A stretch of DNA of 64,000 bases from Desulfomonilia bacterium (lineage in GTDB: Bacteria; Desulfobacterota; Desulfomonilia; UBA1062): NCBI GenBank assembly GCA_050014195.1, contig JBEKDT010000004.1, positions 96,001 to 160,000 of the forward strand, read 5' to 3'. This document shows positions 11,551-21,665 of this stretch, piece by piece. Made by a program: the position numbers and the translations under genes. Within the stretch, counting starts at the first letter, position 1. The number at the start of each line of letters is the position of its first letter. Below the pieces are notes generated by a model that was given only the letters and a program-made list of their open reading frames with translations, did no database searches and was not told the DNA's origin.

Positions 11551-13242
11551 ATGTTTCTACCCACTACCCAGGAAGAAATGAAGACCCTTGGCTGGGATGC
11601 GCTCGATGTCATCCTGGTTACCGGGGATGCCTACATCGACAGCCCCCATATCGGGGCGGCGGTGGTGGGCAAGGCCCTGCTGAAGGCGGGATACCGTATA
11701 GGCATCATATCCCAGCCTGACACTGGGTCATCAACCGATATCATGAGACTCGGCGAGCCGGAGCTGTTCTGGGGCATTACCGGGGGCAGCATCGACTCCA
11801 TGGTGGCCAATTACACCCCTCTCAAGAAAAGACGCAAATCGGATGACTACACCCCGGGCGGTTTAAATTCAAAAAGGCCGGACAGGGCTGTTATCATATA
11901 TGCAAATCTCATCAGGCAATACTTCAAAGAAAAGAAACCCCTCGTGCTCGGCGGCCTTGAGGCGAGCCTGCGGCGCATAGCGCACTACGACTTCTGGTCG
12001 GATAGTATAAGGCGCTCCATCCTCTTCGATGCAAAGGCCGACATCCTGGCCTATGGTATGGGAGAATACACGGCCGTAGAGCTTGCCCGAAGATTGGGCT
12101 CTGGCAAAGATATTCATGATATGAGGGGCATCTGCTACATCAGAAAGGATAAGCCCCAAGAATTTATTGAGCTGCCCTCTTATGAAGAGGTTGCTACTGA
12201 TATGGGCTCCTTCACGGCAATGTTCCACACATTTTACCGGAATAACGATCCTCTTACAGGTAAAGCCCTCTGCCAAAGGCACGGCGATCGCTACCTGGTG
12301 CACAACCCGCCATGGCCCGTTCTCACCGAGCAGGAGTTGGATGCCGTCTATGAGCTCGATTTCGAGCATGAGGTTCACCCGCATGAACTTGCCCAGGGAG
12401 ATGTCAAGGCCATTGAAACCATACGTTTCTCTCTGAGAACCCACCGGGGCTGCATGGGACAGTGCAACTTCTGCTCCATTTCCGTCCATGAGGGATCGAG
12501 AGTGGTCTCCCGCAGCGAGGCATCCATCCTGAAAGAGGCCGAGAAAATCATCTCCCATCCGCAGTTCAAGGGGTATATCCAGGATATAGGCGGCCCCACA
12601 GCGAATATGTATGGATTTACGTGCACCAGGAAAGGCCGACAAAGCGCTTGCCATGAACGGGGGTGCCTCTACCCTGAGATCTGTCCCCATCTGGATGTCA
12701 GTCACAAGCGACAGACCGCGCTCCTCAAAAGACTGCGATCCATCCCAGGCATCAAGAAGGCCTTTGTGGCCTCGGGTATCAGGCACGACCTCGTATGCGC
12801 GGACAGTAGATATGGTGATGCTTATCTGGAAGAGCTTGTGGAGCATCATGTCTCGGGTCAGGTGAAACTGGCCCCTGAACATTCAGAACCAGGCGTGCTC
12901 GCTCGGATGGGCAAGACCGGTATTGCCTCACTCATGGAATTCCGGGGGCGCTTTTTTGCACTCTCAAAGGAAAGTCACAAGAAGCAGTTCCTCACCTACT
13001 ATTTCCTTGCTGCCCATCCCGGATGTACAGAATGCGATATGAACAGGCTCAATGCCTTCATCAATAAGAACCTGAAGCTTAATCCGGAACAGGTGCAGAT
13101 CTTCACACCCACACCATCCACATACTCCACCCTCATGTACTACACCTGTACAGACCCGTTCACGGGTGAGAGAATATTTGTTGAAAAAGACCCAATGCGC
13201 AAGAAGAAGCAGAAGGGCATCCTGATCGGACAAAAGAGGTAG
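11551..13242 (+). CDS. ygiQ: YgiQ family radical SAM protein
   Basis: MFLPTT..LGWD.LDVILVTGDAYIDSP, RGCMGQCNFC, DIGGPTANMY, APEH, YFLAAHPG, QVQIFTPTP. Confidence 0.93.
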   Translation: MFLPTTQEEMKTLGWDALDVILVTGDAYIDSPHIGAAVVGKALLKAGYRIGIISQPDTGSSTDIMRLGEPELFWGITGGSIDSMVANYTPLKKRRKSDDYTPGGLNSKRPDRAVIIYANLIRQYFKEKKPLVLGGLEASLRRIAHYDFWSDSIRRSILFDAKADILAYGMGEYTAVELARRLGSGKDIHDMRGICYIRKDKPQEFIELPSYEEVATDMGSFTAMFHTFYRNNDPLTGKALCQRHGDRYLVHNPPWPVLTEQELDAVYELDFEHEVHPHELAQGDVKAIETIRFSLRTHRGCMGQCNFCSISVHEGSRVVSRSEASILKEAEKIISHPQFKGYIQDIGGPTANMYGFTCTRKGRQSACHERGCLYPEICPHLDVSHKRQTALLKRLRSIPGIKKAFVASGIRHDLVCADSRYGDAYLEELVEHHVSGQVKLAPEHSEPGVLARMGKTGIASLMEFRGRFFALSKESHKKQFLTYYFLAAHPGCTECDMNRLNAFINKNLKLNPEQVQIFTPTPSTYSTLMYYTCTDPFTGERIFVEKDPMRKKKQKGILIGQKR

Positions 13243-13250
13243 ACCATATT

Positions 13251-13595
13251 ATGAAGAGAGCGGGTATTCCCATAGATCGGCAGATGCCGCCTGAGCAGGA
13301 AGAGAAGAAGAGCAAGACCAGGCTCAAAAAGGAGATGATCGAACTGCAGAAACTCGGGGAGCAGCTTATTGATCTCCCGAATTCATACTTAAAAAAGATC
13401 GGCCTGTTTCAAGAACTCCTGGAGGCCGTACTCTATGCCAAAGAAGTCCGTACCCATGGGGCTAGGCGTAGGCAGAAGCAACGCATCGGCGTGCTCATGC
13501 GGGAGGCGGACCCTGTTCACATCAAAAAAATGCTTGATGAATTTGGGCAGACGAGGCAGACCCATGCGCCTCTAACGACTGAATATGATGATTGA
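13251..13595 (+). CDS. yjgA: Ribosome-associated DUF615/YjgA (DarP) family protein, short form
   Basis: KSKTRLKKEMIELQKLGEQL...HGARRRQKQRIGVLMRE; shorter than the enterobacterial protein. Confidence 0.82.
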   Translation: MKRAGIPIDRQMPPEQEEKKSKTRLKKEMIELQKLGEQLIDLPNSYLKKIGLFQELLEAVLYAKEVRTHGARRRQKQRIGVLMREADPVHIKKMLDEFGQTRQTHAPLTTEYDD

Positions 13596-13626
13596 TATCA
13601 ACAATGGATACAAAAAGGAGGTAGTC

Positions 13627-13917
13627 ATGAAAAAAATGCTTCTGAAGGCATTCTCACACATGTTTGTTCTCTTTGCCTGCCTCTGCGTCCTTGTATTTGC
13701 AGGTTGTGAGGGCAGTGACGCAAAGAAAAAAATCACAGATACTGTCCATACGTTGGTGGGTAGTGAGGTGGTCAAAAAGGGTGAAGATATGAAGAAGCAA
13801 GCCGACCAGGCCATGAAGGAAGAGGCCAAACGCCTGATTAAGATGGATAATGAAAATAAAGGCGAGGGAACCGATGAAGGTTCAGGCCCTCAGAACGAAA
13901 AAGAATCCGACAAGTAA
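13627..13917 (+). CDS. Small putative lipoprotein
   Basis: RBS AAGGAGG, MKK + hydrophobic stretch + lipobox FAGC. Confidence 0.75.
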   Translation: MKKMLLKAFSHMFVLFACLCVLVFAGCEGSDAKKKITDTVHTLVGSEVVKKGEDMKKQADQAMKEEAKRLIKMDNENKGEGTDEGSGPQNEKESDK

Positions 13918-13929
13918 GGAGGTTTCCCC

Positions 13930-14721
13930 ATGTCTATATCCGGCAAGGTGGTCTGGATCACCGGTTCATCCTCGGGAATCGGGGAGGCCCTGGCGTATGC
14001 CTTCGCCAAGGAGGGCGCTCACCTCATCCTCTCATCACGCAACGCTTCTCAGTTGACTGAGGTGAAGAACCGGTGTCCATACCCGGAGCGGCACCTTGTG
14101 CTGCCGCTCGACCTCGAGGATTCCTCAACCTTTTCCGTCGATGTCCGATCCGTTCTTGATAAATTCGGCCGCATAGATATTCTCATCAACAATGGTGGTA
14201 TCTCTCAGCGGAGCCTTGCCGCCCGGACGAGCCTCGAGACCGACCGGAGGATCATGGAGACCAACTTCTTCGGTACGGTGGCATTGACCAAGACGGTCCT
14301 GCCGTCGATGATCGAACGGGGTTCCGGCCATATAGTGGTCATCAGCAGTCTGATGGGCAAATTCGGCACGCCCTTGCGCTCGACGTATTCCGCATCAAAG
14401 CATGCGCTGCACGGCTTCTTTGACTCGCTGCGCGCCGAAGTTCGCTCGCAGGGCATCAGGGTCACCCTTGTCTGCCCGGGCTTTATCCGGACAAATATAT
14501 CCATAAACGCCCTGTGTGCAGACGGGTCATGCCACGGGTCCATGGACGATGCCCAGGCCGCCGGTTTGCCGCCCGGTGTCTGCGCTGCAAGGATTGTCCA
14601 GGCGGTTGCCAAGGGCAAGGAAGAGGTGTTCATCGGGGGGAAAGAAGTCATGGGCGTGTATCTCAAGCGATTCTTCCCCGGCATCTTTAGCCATTTTATT
14701 GCAAAGGCAAAGGTCACCTGA
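13930..14721 (+). CDS. Short-chain dehydrogenase/reductase (DHRS7-like)
   Basis: WITGSSSGIG, INNGGISQRS, YSASKHALHGFFDSLRAE. Confidence 0.93.
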   Translation: MSISGKVVWITGSSSGIGEALAYAFAKEGAHLILSSRNASQLTEVKNRCPYPERHLVLPLDLEDSSTFSVDVRSVLDKFGRIDILINNGGISQRSLAARTSLETDRRIMETNFFGTVALTKTVLPSMIERGSGHIVVISSLMGKFGTPLRSTYSASKHALHGFFDSLRAEVRSQGIRVTLVCPGFIRTNISINALCADGSCHGSMDDAQAAGLPPGVCAARIVQAVAKGKEEVFIGGKEVMGVYLKRFFPGIFSHFIAKAKVT

Positions 14722-14744
14722 AAAACTCTTAAGGAGAAGCCCCC

Positions 14745-14939
14745 ATGTCAGTGAACCTGCTTTTGCTGGGTACAGCCGGTGTTGAGCTAAGCTGTGATGG
14801 GCGGGTAATTCTCATAGATCCCTACCTTTCCAGACCCTGCAAAAAGGATATCTTATTGAATGCACTCATACCAAAAAGAGATATCGTGGAGGTTGTGTAT
14901 TTTCCCGAAATGCAGCCATGGAGGAGGAAAAGGTCATGA
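14745..14939 (+). pseudogene. N-terminal fragment of an MBL-fold metallo-hydrolase
   Basis: RBS AAGGAG; LLGTAGVEL...ILIDPYLSR is a typical MBL-fold start, but the ORF ends before any HxHxDH motif. Confidence 0.6.
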
Positions 14940-15706
14940 ATGTGATCATCGAGAAAAGTAACCGCATTACCACTATCATCATCAACCGGCCTGATGTGCG
15001 CAATGCCGTGGACGGCCCCACCGCTGGCGAGCTGGCAAATGTCTTCAGTGCCTTTGATGCGGATGAGACTTCAGATGTGGCTGTTCTTTCAGGTGCAGGC
15101 GGGCACTTCTGTGCAGGCGCGGATCTGAAGGCCATCAGCTCCGGTATGCATGCAAATCGCCTTGATGAGACAGGAAATGCCCCCATGGGCCCATCGAGGA
15201 TGTTGTTAAGCAAGCCGGTGATCGCTGCTGTGGCGGGCTATGCAGTTGCCGGCGGGCTTGAGCTTGCCCTGTTCTGCGACATGAGGGTCGTTGAGAGGAG
15301 CGCCGTATTCGGCGTATTCTGCAGGAGGTGGGGCGTACCTCTGATCGACGGCGGTACCATCAGGCTACCCGGACTCATCGGTCTCAGCAGGGCACTGGAT
15401 CTCATCCTCACCGGCAGGGCTGTCCATGCGGAGGAGGCGTATGCCTTTGGCCTGGCCAACAGGGTCGTGGATGACGGGACAGCCTTACAAGAGGCGATTA
15501 AGCTTGCATCCGCCTTAGCCCGATTCCCCCAAGGTTGCCTCCGCCATGACCGTTTGAGTGCATATGAGCAGTTCGATCTTGACCGTGAACAGGCCTTTCT
15601 CAATGAGTTCCGGCACGGCATGGAATCCATAAAGGCCAATGAAACCCTTGATGGAGCCAGAAGATTCGCCGGAGGCAAAGGGAGGCACGGGGCCTTCGAA
15701 GAATAA
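14936..15706 (+). CDS. Enoyl-CoA hydratase/crotonase family protein
   Basis: NRPDVRNAVDG, FCAGADL, AVAGGLELA, CRRWGVPLIDGGT. RBS GGAGGAGG favours ATG 14936. Confidence 0.92.
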   Translation: MNVIIEKSNRITTIIINRPDVRNAVDGPTAGELANVFSAFDADETSDVAVLSGAGGHFCAGADLKAISSGMHANRLDETGNAPMGPSRMLLSKPVIAAVAGYAVAGGLELALFCDMRVVERSAVFGVFCRRWGVPLIDGGTIRLPGLIGLSRALDLILTGRAVHAEEAYAFGLANRVVDDGTALQEAIKLASALARFPQGCLRHDRLSAYEQFDLDREQAFLNEFRHGMESIKANETLDGARRFAGGKGRHGAFEE

Positions 15707-15811
15707 GCACAACGGCCTTGAAGCTTGCCGGAAAAAACTTCCCGCCCATTGTCATATTCTGCCTTTGTTGTGACGATATAATAGACCAGGGCACACCCAA
15801 GGAGAATGACA

Positions 15812-16600
15812 ATGAAAAAGTATGCATTTTATCTGTCAGCACTCGCCTGGATCATCCTCTCTGCGTGCGGGGGCGGAGGGGGCGGAGGTGGCGGCGGTGG
15901 CGGCGGGACGAACGACGGCAGTTCTCAGGCAATCTATTCCTCGGACTATATGACCTATGATCCGAGTAAAACCTATACCTTTCAGGAGATAGAGGCTGAT
16001 TCATCCGGAAGCACGACAACCACAATGATTTACAGCTATGCAACGGTAGATTCGATTCCCAGCAAATACGGATATTCCGGCACAATTGCAGGACCATATA
16101 CCCTGGAGACCATTAGTCCTGTAGGGAAGAATCAAACGTTTATCTACATGAGCTCCGGGGAGACCATCATCAGTGATGACTCATCTTTCTTCACCAGTTT
16201 CGCTCACTCCACCTTTACGGGCGGCAGCCTCCCGCCTGATATGGTCATGAACAAGGAATACTCTTTTTCCAGCACAGAGGATCTCTTCATCTCTGATTCA
16301 AGCCTAGGGACAGTTGGTACAAAGGTAGGCACCAAGACATCCGAGTGGTCCATTACGGTTATCGGAGTGGAGAACGTAACGGTCCCTGCCGGCACCTATG
16401 AGGCATTAAAGACCGAAGACTCCTCTACCGTCATCTATACCATCGATAGTGTCGCGACCCAGACCACAGCATCTTCAGGGAACACATGGTTCGGCAAAGG
16501 CATAGGGACCGTGAAGAAAGTCTCCAATAATACATCTACCTACTCCGACAACACCACGACCACCAGCACGGTCACGGACGAACTGACAACAATAAATTAG
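15812..16600 (+). CDS. Ser/Thr-rich lipoprotein with poly-Gly linker
   Basis: Lipobox LSAC then 13 Gly; C-terminal ENVTVPAGTY...WFGKGIGTVK motif common in deltaproteobacterial lipoproteins. Confidence 0.8.
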   Translation: MKKYAFYLSALAWIILSACGGGGGGGGGGGGGTNDGSSQAIYSSDYMTYDPSKTYTFQEIEADSSGSTTTTMIYSYATVDSIPSKYGYSGTIAGPYTLETISPVGKNQTFIYMSSGETIISDDSSFFTSFAHSTFTGGSLPPDMVMNKEYSFSSTEDLFISDSSLGTVGTKVGTKTSEWSITVIGVENVTVPAGTYEALKTEDSSTVIYTIDSVATQTTASSGNTWFGKGIGTVKKVSNNTSTYSDNTTTTSTVTDELTTIN

Positions 16601-16651
16601 TGACGTGCAACAAGGCCGATTGCTGGATTTCGCTCAATATCCACACACTCT

Positions 16652-16679
16652 AAAAAGGGCAGGCATGAGTCCTGCCCCT
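16652..16679 (-). terminator. Intrinsic terminator between convergent genes
   Basis: AAAAA-GGGCAGG-catgagt-CCTGCCC; the A-tract gives a U-tail on the minus strand. Confidence 0.55.
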
Positions 16680-16689
16680 CTAATCATTT

Positions 16690-16820
16690 GTCCGGGTTCG
16701 CTGTCGCTCAGCCCGATCTACAATCACGGCTAAAGCGGCTCCTACAACATATTATTGAGATGTAGGAGCGCCTTCAGGCGCGACCCATTTTTGGATGTCG
16801 CGGCTAAAGCCGCTCCTACA
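16690..16820. repeat. Cluster of GTAG-family REP sequences
   Basis: TGTAGGAGCG-palindrome-CGCGA units at 16724-16746(-), 16761-16783(+), 16798-16820(-); a second GTAG hairpin type at 16690-16721(-). Confidence 0.8.
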
Positions 16821-16842
16821 ATTATCGGGTACAGACCCCCAT

Positions 16843-17742
16843 TCACTGGTCACTGGTCACTCTGTTATTTATCTCCTGGCTCATCACCACTCCAACGATC
16901 ACCAGCGCAGATGCTAAATATTGGACCGTGGTAAAGCGCTCTCCCAGAAAAATCCAGCCGAAGATCACCGTGAGAACCGGTATGAGGTTTACGAACGCCG
17001 ATGCCTGGCTTGCAGGCACCTTGCTTACCGCGTAGTTATACAGGCCGTAGGCCCCCAAGGTGACAAAGACGCCGAGATAGACGATGCTGAAGGCCGGAAC
17101 GGCCTCAAAGCGGACCGGCAGGGCCGTTGTGGGGAGAAAGAGAAAAGGCAGGAAGAAGATGCTCCCGGCAAAGGCCTGGAGTGCGGTGAGAAAGAAAGGA
17201 TCGTATCGGGCGGTGAGCCGCTTGAGGGATATTGTGTAGCCTGTTGCAAAGACCATGGCCAGAAATTCATAAAAATTGCCCAGCACCGGGTTCGGTGCAG
17301 AGTCATTCGATTGGGCGGCCATGCTCAACAGACATACGCCGAGAATGGCTGTGAGAAAACCAAGGATCGTCTTTATGGTTATAGATTCTTTGAGGTAGAT
17401 GCCGGCCGTAATGGCCACCATGAGAGGGAGCATGGCCGTGATCATGCCTGCCTGGGAGGCCGTGGTGTTCTTAAGGGCGGCAGCCTCAAACAGGAAATAG
17501 AGGCACGGCTCGCAGGCGAGCATGAAGCCCAGTACCGCAATATCCTGTCTTCTGAAATGGGCCCGTTTAAAGGCGCCTGCAAAGGGTATTATACAGATGC
17601 TTGCCGTGATCATCCTGCCGAAGATGACAACCATGGGGTTATAGGCCGCAAAGGCCAGCTTCAGGGCAATGAACGAGCTCGCCCACAGTATCATTGCACC
17701 GAGCAGGCAGAATATGGGACCGAAAAGGTTTCTTCGCTGCAT
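16843..17742 (-). CDS. DMT/EamA family transporter
   Basis: ~10 TM; LWASSF, LKNTTASQAG, YLGVFVT.GAYGLYN, FVNLIPV, LGERFT. Confidence 0.9.
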   Translation of the reverse strand: MQRRNLFGPIFCLLGAMILWASSFIALKLAFAAYNPMVVIFGRMITASICIIPFAGAFKRAHFRRQDIAVLGFMLACEPCLYFLFEAAALKNTTASQAGMITAMLPLMVAITAGIYLKESITIKTILGFLTAILGVCLLSMAAQSNDSAPNPVLGNFYEFLAMVFATGYTISLKRLTARYDPFFLTALQAFAGSIFFLPFLFLPTTALPVRFEAVPAFSIVYLGVFVTLGAYGLYNYAVSKVPASQASAFVNLIPVLTVIFGWIFLGERFTTVQYLASALVIVGVVMSQEINNRVTSDQ

Positions 17743-17921
17743 TGGTATTCCCCGACCTTTTGGCTGTCTATTCATGATCAGCCCTTTTGACATACCATGA
17801 GCATGATGTGCTGAGAAATATAATCTTCTTTGCATGATTCCGTTGCGACATACCGGCAACCCATTGTATACAAATAGACGGACACTAAGGTATGTATCTT
17901 ATCCGAGAAGGGTGAATTATC

Positions 17922-18404
17922 ATGAAATTTTGTCCGCAATGCGGCCAAGGCCTTATCAATAAAGTGATTGAGGGAAAAGGGAGACTTGCCTGCTCATCTC
18001 CCACATGTCAATTTGTATTCTGGGATAATCCCATTCCCGTAGTGGCCGCCATAGTGGAGCTTGACAACAGCATTGTCCTGGCGAGGAACAGGCTCTGGCC
18101 TGAAAAGATGTTCGGCCTGGTCACAGGATTCCTCGAACAGGGCGAGTCGCCTGAAACCGCAGTACTGCGTGAGGTGAAGGAGGAGCTCGACTTGGAAGGA
18201 ACCGTGGCCGAATTCATCGGCTGCTACAGCTTCTTCGAGAAAAACCAGCTCATCCTTGCCTACCATGTCAGTGCACACGGCACAGTGACTCTGGGCGAAG
18301 AGCTTGCAGAGGTGAGGTACGTGAACCCGGAGCGTCTCAAGCCCTGGCCCTTCGGCACCGGGTATGCGGTGAGAGATTGGCTGGAGAAGAGAAAAACAAA
18401 GTAG
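17922..18404 (+). CDS. NUDIX hydrolase with N-terminal zinc ribbon (NudC-like)
   Basis: KFCPQCG..C..C; Nudix box GFLEQGESPETAVLREVKEEL. Confidence 0.9.
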   Translation: MKFCPQCGQGLINKVIEGKGRLACSSPTCQFVFWDNPIPVVAAIVELDNSIVLARNRLWPEKMFGLVTGFLEQGESPETAVLREVKEELDLEGTVAEFIGCYSFFEKNQLILAYHVSAHGTVTLGEELAEVRYVNPERLKPWPFGTGYAVRDWLEKRKTK

Positions 18405-18457
18405 CCAAACAGCCAAGTCTGTAGGGATACCATTATTACAATACCAAGGAGTTGAAT

Positions 18458-19048
18458 ATGGAAAGGAGAGTGTTTGGTCTTATGATGATCTTGTTCAGTC
18501 TGCTCAGTGTAAACGTGCATGCCGCACAGAACCCGAAGGTGGTCCTGGAGACAAGTATGGGGGACATCACCCTTGAGCTCTACCCCGACAAGGCACCTGC
18601 AACAGTCAAAAATTTCCTTACCTATGCGGATGAGAAGTTCTATGACGGAACCGTCTTCCACAGGGTTATCAGCGGTTTCATGATTCAGGGTGGAGGGATG
18701 ACCTCCGATATGAATGAAAAGCCCACCCACAGCCCGATCCTTAATGAGGCGGACAACGGATTGAAGAACGACCGAGGTACCATTGCCATGGCACGCACGA
18801 ATGATCCTAATTCCGCCACAGCCCAGTTCTTTATCAATGCAAAGGACAACACGTTCCTGAACTTCAGGAGCAAGACGATTGAAGGATATGGCTACTGCGT
18901 CTTCGGGAAGGTGACCAAGGGCCTCGACGTGGTGGATGCAATTGAAAAGACCCCCACGACAACGAAGGGGTTCTTTCAGGATGTCCCGGCCAAGCCCGTG
19001 ATCATCAAAAAGGCCTACCGGCTGAAAGAGAAAAAAGCGGCTTCCTGA
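18458..19048 (+). CDS. ppiA: Periplasmic cyclophilin-type peptidyl-prolyl isomerase
   Basis: Signal peptide; [38 protein letters not shown]. Confidence 0.92.
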   Translation: MERRVFGLMMILFSLLSVNVHAAQNPKVVLETSMGDITLELYPDKAPATVKNFLTYADEKFYDGTVFHRVISGFMIQGGGMTSDMNEKPTHSPILNEADNGLKNDRGTIAMARTNDPNSATAQFFINAKDNTFLNFRSKTIEGYGYCVFGKVTKGLDVVDAIEKTPTTTKGFFQDVPAKPVIIKKAYRLKEKKAAS

Positions 19049-19086
19049 TGACGCTTGGCTCAATGGGCAGAAACTATTAAAATGCC

Positions 19087-20388
19087 ATGAGAGAAGCACC
19101 CATGGAACAGGGCTCCAGAAAATCAGTCCTTGCATGGGCCATGTACGACTGGGCGAATTCCGCCTTTGCCACGACGGTCATGGCAGGTTTCTTCCCCATA
19201 TTCTTCAAGCAGTTCTGGAGCTTTGGAACGGACACCTCCTTGAGCACGGCCCGGCTGGGCCTTGCAAACTCTCTGGCAGGCGTGTTGGTGGCTCTTGCCG
19301 CCCCTTTCCTGGGCGCTATTGCGGACAGGAGCGCTGCCAAAAAGAAATTTCTTTTTTCATTTGCATCAATCGGAGTTGCCGCGACATTGAGCCTCTCCTT
19401 TGTGGCCAAAGGGCACTGGGCGGCTGCAACAATGCTCTATGCCTTTGCCTTGATGGGCTTTTCAGGCGGCAATGTCTTCTATGACGCCCTTCTCAAAACC
19501 GTCTCTGAAGATAACAAGATGGATTACGTCTCAACCCTCGGCTATGCCCTGGGCTATCTGGGAGGAGGACTGCTCTTTGCACTGAATGTGCTGATGGTCA
19601 TCAAGCCATCTCTATTCGGCCTGGGCAATGCGTCCGAGGCTGTGAAACTCTCGTTTATCACCGTGGGCATCTGGTGGGCCGTGTTTAGTATACCACTTGC
19701 CGTTTTTGTATATGAAACACGCACCAGGGGCAAAGAACGCACCTCTCGGATGGTGTCCCAGGGCTTTCATGAGCTCAGCCGGACCTTTGCCGAGGTGAGG
19801 CATCTGAAGGCCATCACCCTATTTCTGTTTGCCTATTGGTTCTATATAGACGGCGTAGACACGATAATCGTGATGGCGGTAGATTACGGTCTCTCTCTGG
19901 GCTTCCACAAGGAAGACCTGATCGCGGCGCTGCTGCTCGTCCAGTTTGTCGGCTTCCCCTTTGCCATAGCCTTCGGCCGTATTGCAAACTACATGGGCAC
20001 AAAGCGATCGATCCTCCTGGGCATCTGCGTCTATCTGTTCGTATCCATCTGGGGTGCATTCATCCGGAACCGGGCAGAATTCTACATTATGGCCGTGCTC
20101 ATCGGCATGGTCCAGGGGGGAGTCCAGGCCCTGTCGCGCTCATTCTATGCCAGGTTGATTCCCAGGGACAAGGCCGCCCAGTATTTCGGGTTTTTAAACC
20201 TGCTCGGCAAATTCGCCACTATCGTGGGACCGGTGCTCATCGGATCGACCGTACTGATAGCCCGCACCTTGGGCGCAAACCCTCATTTGGCCTCCAGGAT
20301 AAGCATCTCATCCGTGGCCGTGCTCTTCATATCAGGAGGCATACTTCTCTGGTGCGTGGATGAGAAGAAGGGGAAGCAGGAGACTTAA
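19087..20388 (+). CDS. MFS transporter, UMF1/Atg22-like family
   Basis: WAMYDWANSAF, GYALGYLGG, YIDGVDTI, QALSRS. Confidence 0.9.
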   Translation: MREAPMEQGSRKSVLAWAMYDWANSAFATTVMAGFFPIFFKQFWSFGTDTSLSTARLGLANSLAGVLVALAAPFLGAIADRSAAKKKFLFSFASIGVAATLSLSFVAKGHWAAATMLYAFALMGFSGGNVFYDALLKTVSEDNKMDYVSTLGYALGYLGGGLLFALNVLMVIKPSLFGLGNASEAVKLSFITVGIWWAVFSIPLAVFVYETRTRGKERTSRMVSQGFHELSRTFAEVRHLKAITLFLFAYWFYIDGVDTIIVMAVDYGLSLGFHKEDLIAALLLVQFVGFPFAIAFGRIANYMGTKRSILLGICVYLFVSIWGAFIRNRAEFYIMAVLIGMVQGGVQALSRSFYARLIPRDKAAQYFGFLNLLGKFATIVGPVLIGSTVLIARTLGANPHLASRISISSVAVLFISGGILLWCVDEKKGKQET

Positions 20389-20394
20389 ATCTTT

Positions 20395-21492
20395 TTAGAG
20401 TATCGTCCTCTTCCCGTTATATCTTTCCGTGTCATAGTACTTATCGACTTCCACGACCCTGAGCCTGTCGATGACCTCTTTCATGGGCACCGAGGTGATC
20501 TCGCCGTGGAGGTAGCTCACCATCCTTCCATAATCCTCATTCATGATCATATCCACGGCCGCGATCCCGAACCATCTTGCCATGAGCCTGTCACGGGCGG
20601 AAGGCGACCCGCCCCTCTGGAGGTGGCTCAGGTTGACATAGCGGGCCTCGAATCCGGTTCTCCTCTGGACCTCTTCGGCAATGTACGCTGCAATGCCCCC
20701 GAGTGACCTGTGTCCGAACTCATCCACCTTCTCATCCTTGTAGAACTCCCTGTCGCCTGACAGTTTGGCACCTTCCGAGACTACGACGATGCTGTACTGG
20801 ATCTCGCGGCCCCTGCGCCCCTGGAGGAGTTCGCAGACCCTCTCAATGCTGAAGGGGTACTCGGGGATCAGGATGATATAGGCGCCGCTGCACTCGCCGC
20901 CGTGCAGGGCCAGCCAACCCGCATGCCTGCCCATGGTCTCCACTACGAAGATCCTGTTGTGGGAACCTGCCGTAGTGCGAAGCCGGTCGATCTCTTCCAT
21001 GATAATGTTTACCGCCGAGTCGAACCCCAGGGAATATTCGGTACCCACAAGGTCGCCGTCGATGGTCTTGGGAATTCCGATAGTCTTGACGCCCTGCCTG
21101 TAGAGCTTGTAGGCCACACCGAGGGTATCCTCGCCTCCGACGGCAACGATTACGTCTATCCCAAGTTTTCTGATATTTTCAATCACCTTGCCGGAACGGT
21201 CTTTCTTAGGGTTGAAGGGGTTAGTCCGGGAGGTACCGAGGTTGGTCCCGCCATAGCGGTCCCATGTGCGGACAACCTCTTCATCGAGTTTTATGATGTG
21301 CTGAGCCATGCTCTCAGGGTTGTCGGGGTCGACCTCTACGAGCCCTTTCCACCCTTCCCTGACACCGAGGACATCGAACTTGATTGACCTATTCTCTTCA
21401 AGAAGCGGGTCCAAGGCTGTTTTGGTTACCCACTTGATCGCGCCGTTCAATCCCGGACAATCGCCGCCGCCGGTCAATACCGCTATTCTCAT
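20395..21492 (-). CDS. pfkA: 6-phosphofructokinase (PfkA family)
   Basis: LTGGGDCPGLN, GGTNLGTSR, GGEDT, PKTIDGD, ETMGRHAGW, HLQRGG. Confidence 0.93.
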   Translation of the reverse strand: MRIAVLTGGGDCPGLNGAIKWVTKTALDPLLEENRSIKFDVLGVREGWKGLVEVDPDNPESMAQHIIKLDEEVVRTWDRYGGTNLGTSRTNPFNPKKDRSGKVIENIRKLGIDVIVAVGGEDTLGVAYKLYRQGVKTIGIPKTIDGDLVGTEYSLGFDSAVNIIMEEIDRLRTTAGSHNRIFVVETMGRHAGWLALHGGECSGAYIILIPEYPFSIERVCELLQGRRGREIQYSIVVVSEGAKLSGDREFYKDEKVDEFGHRSLGGIAAYIAEEVQRRTGFEARYVNLSHLQRGGSPSARDRLMARWFGIAAVDMIMNEDYGRMVSYLHGEITSVPMKEVIDRLRVVEVDKYYDTERYNGKRTIL

Positions 21493-21665
21493 GCTTAAGC
21501 TATCCTCCCGTCTCAGATCCGAAACCGCCTACTTCACGGATGGCCTTTTCACCATTATAATCCTAAAATACACCTCGGCAAGACGGAAGTAAAAATTGAG
21601 CATCTTTGGTGTTTGTTTGCATGAAGACTCCTATATCCTGTAAAATAAGATAAAAGGAGGGACAC

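Noticed and set aside
15869-15907. Poly-Gly tract as a phase-variation switch
   Set aside because: Mixed Gly codons, in frame; ordinary post-lipobox linker.
11869-17790. Antisense ORFs 11869-12882 and 16921-17790
   Set aside because: Lie opposite well-supported genes (ygiQ, DMT); shadow ORFs.
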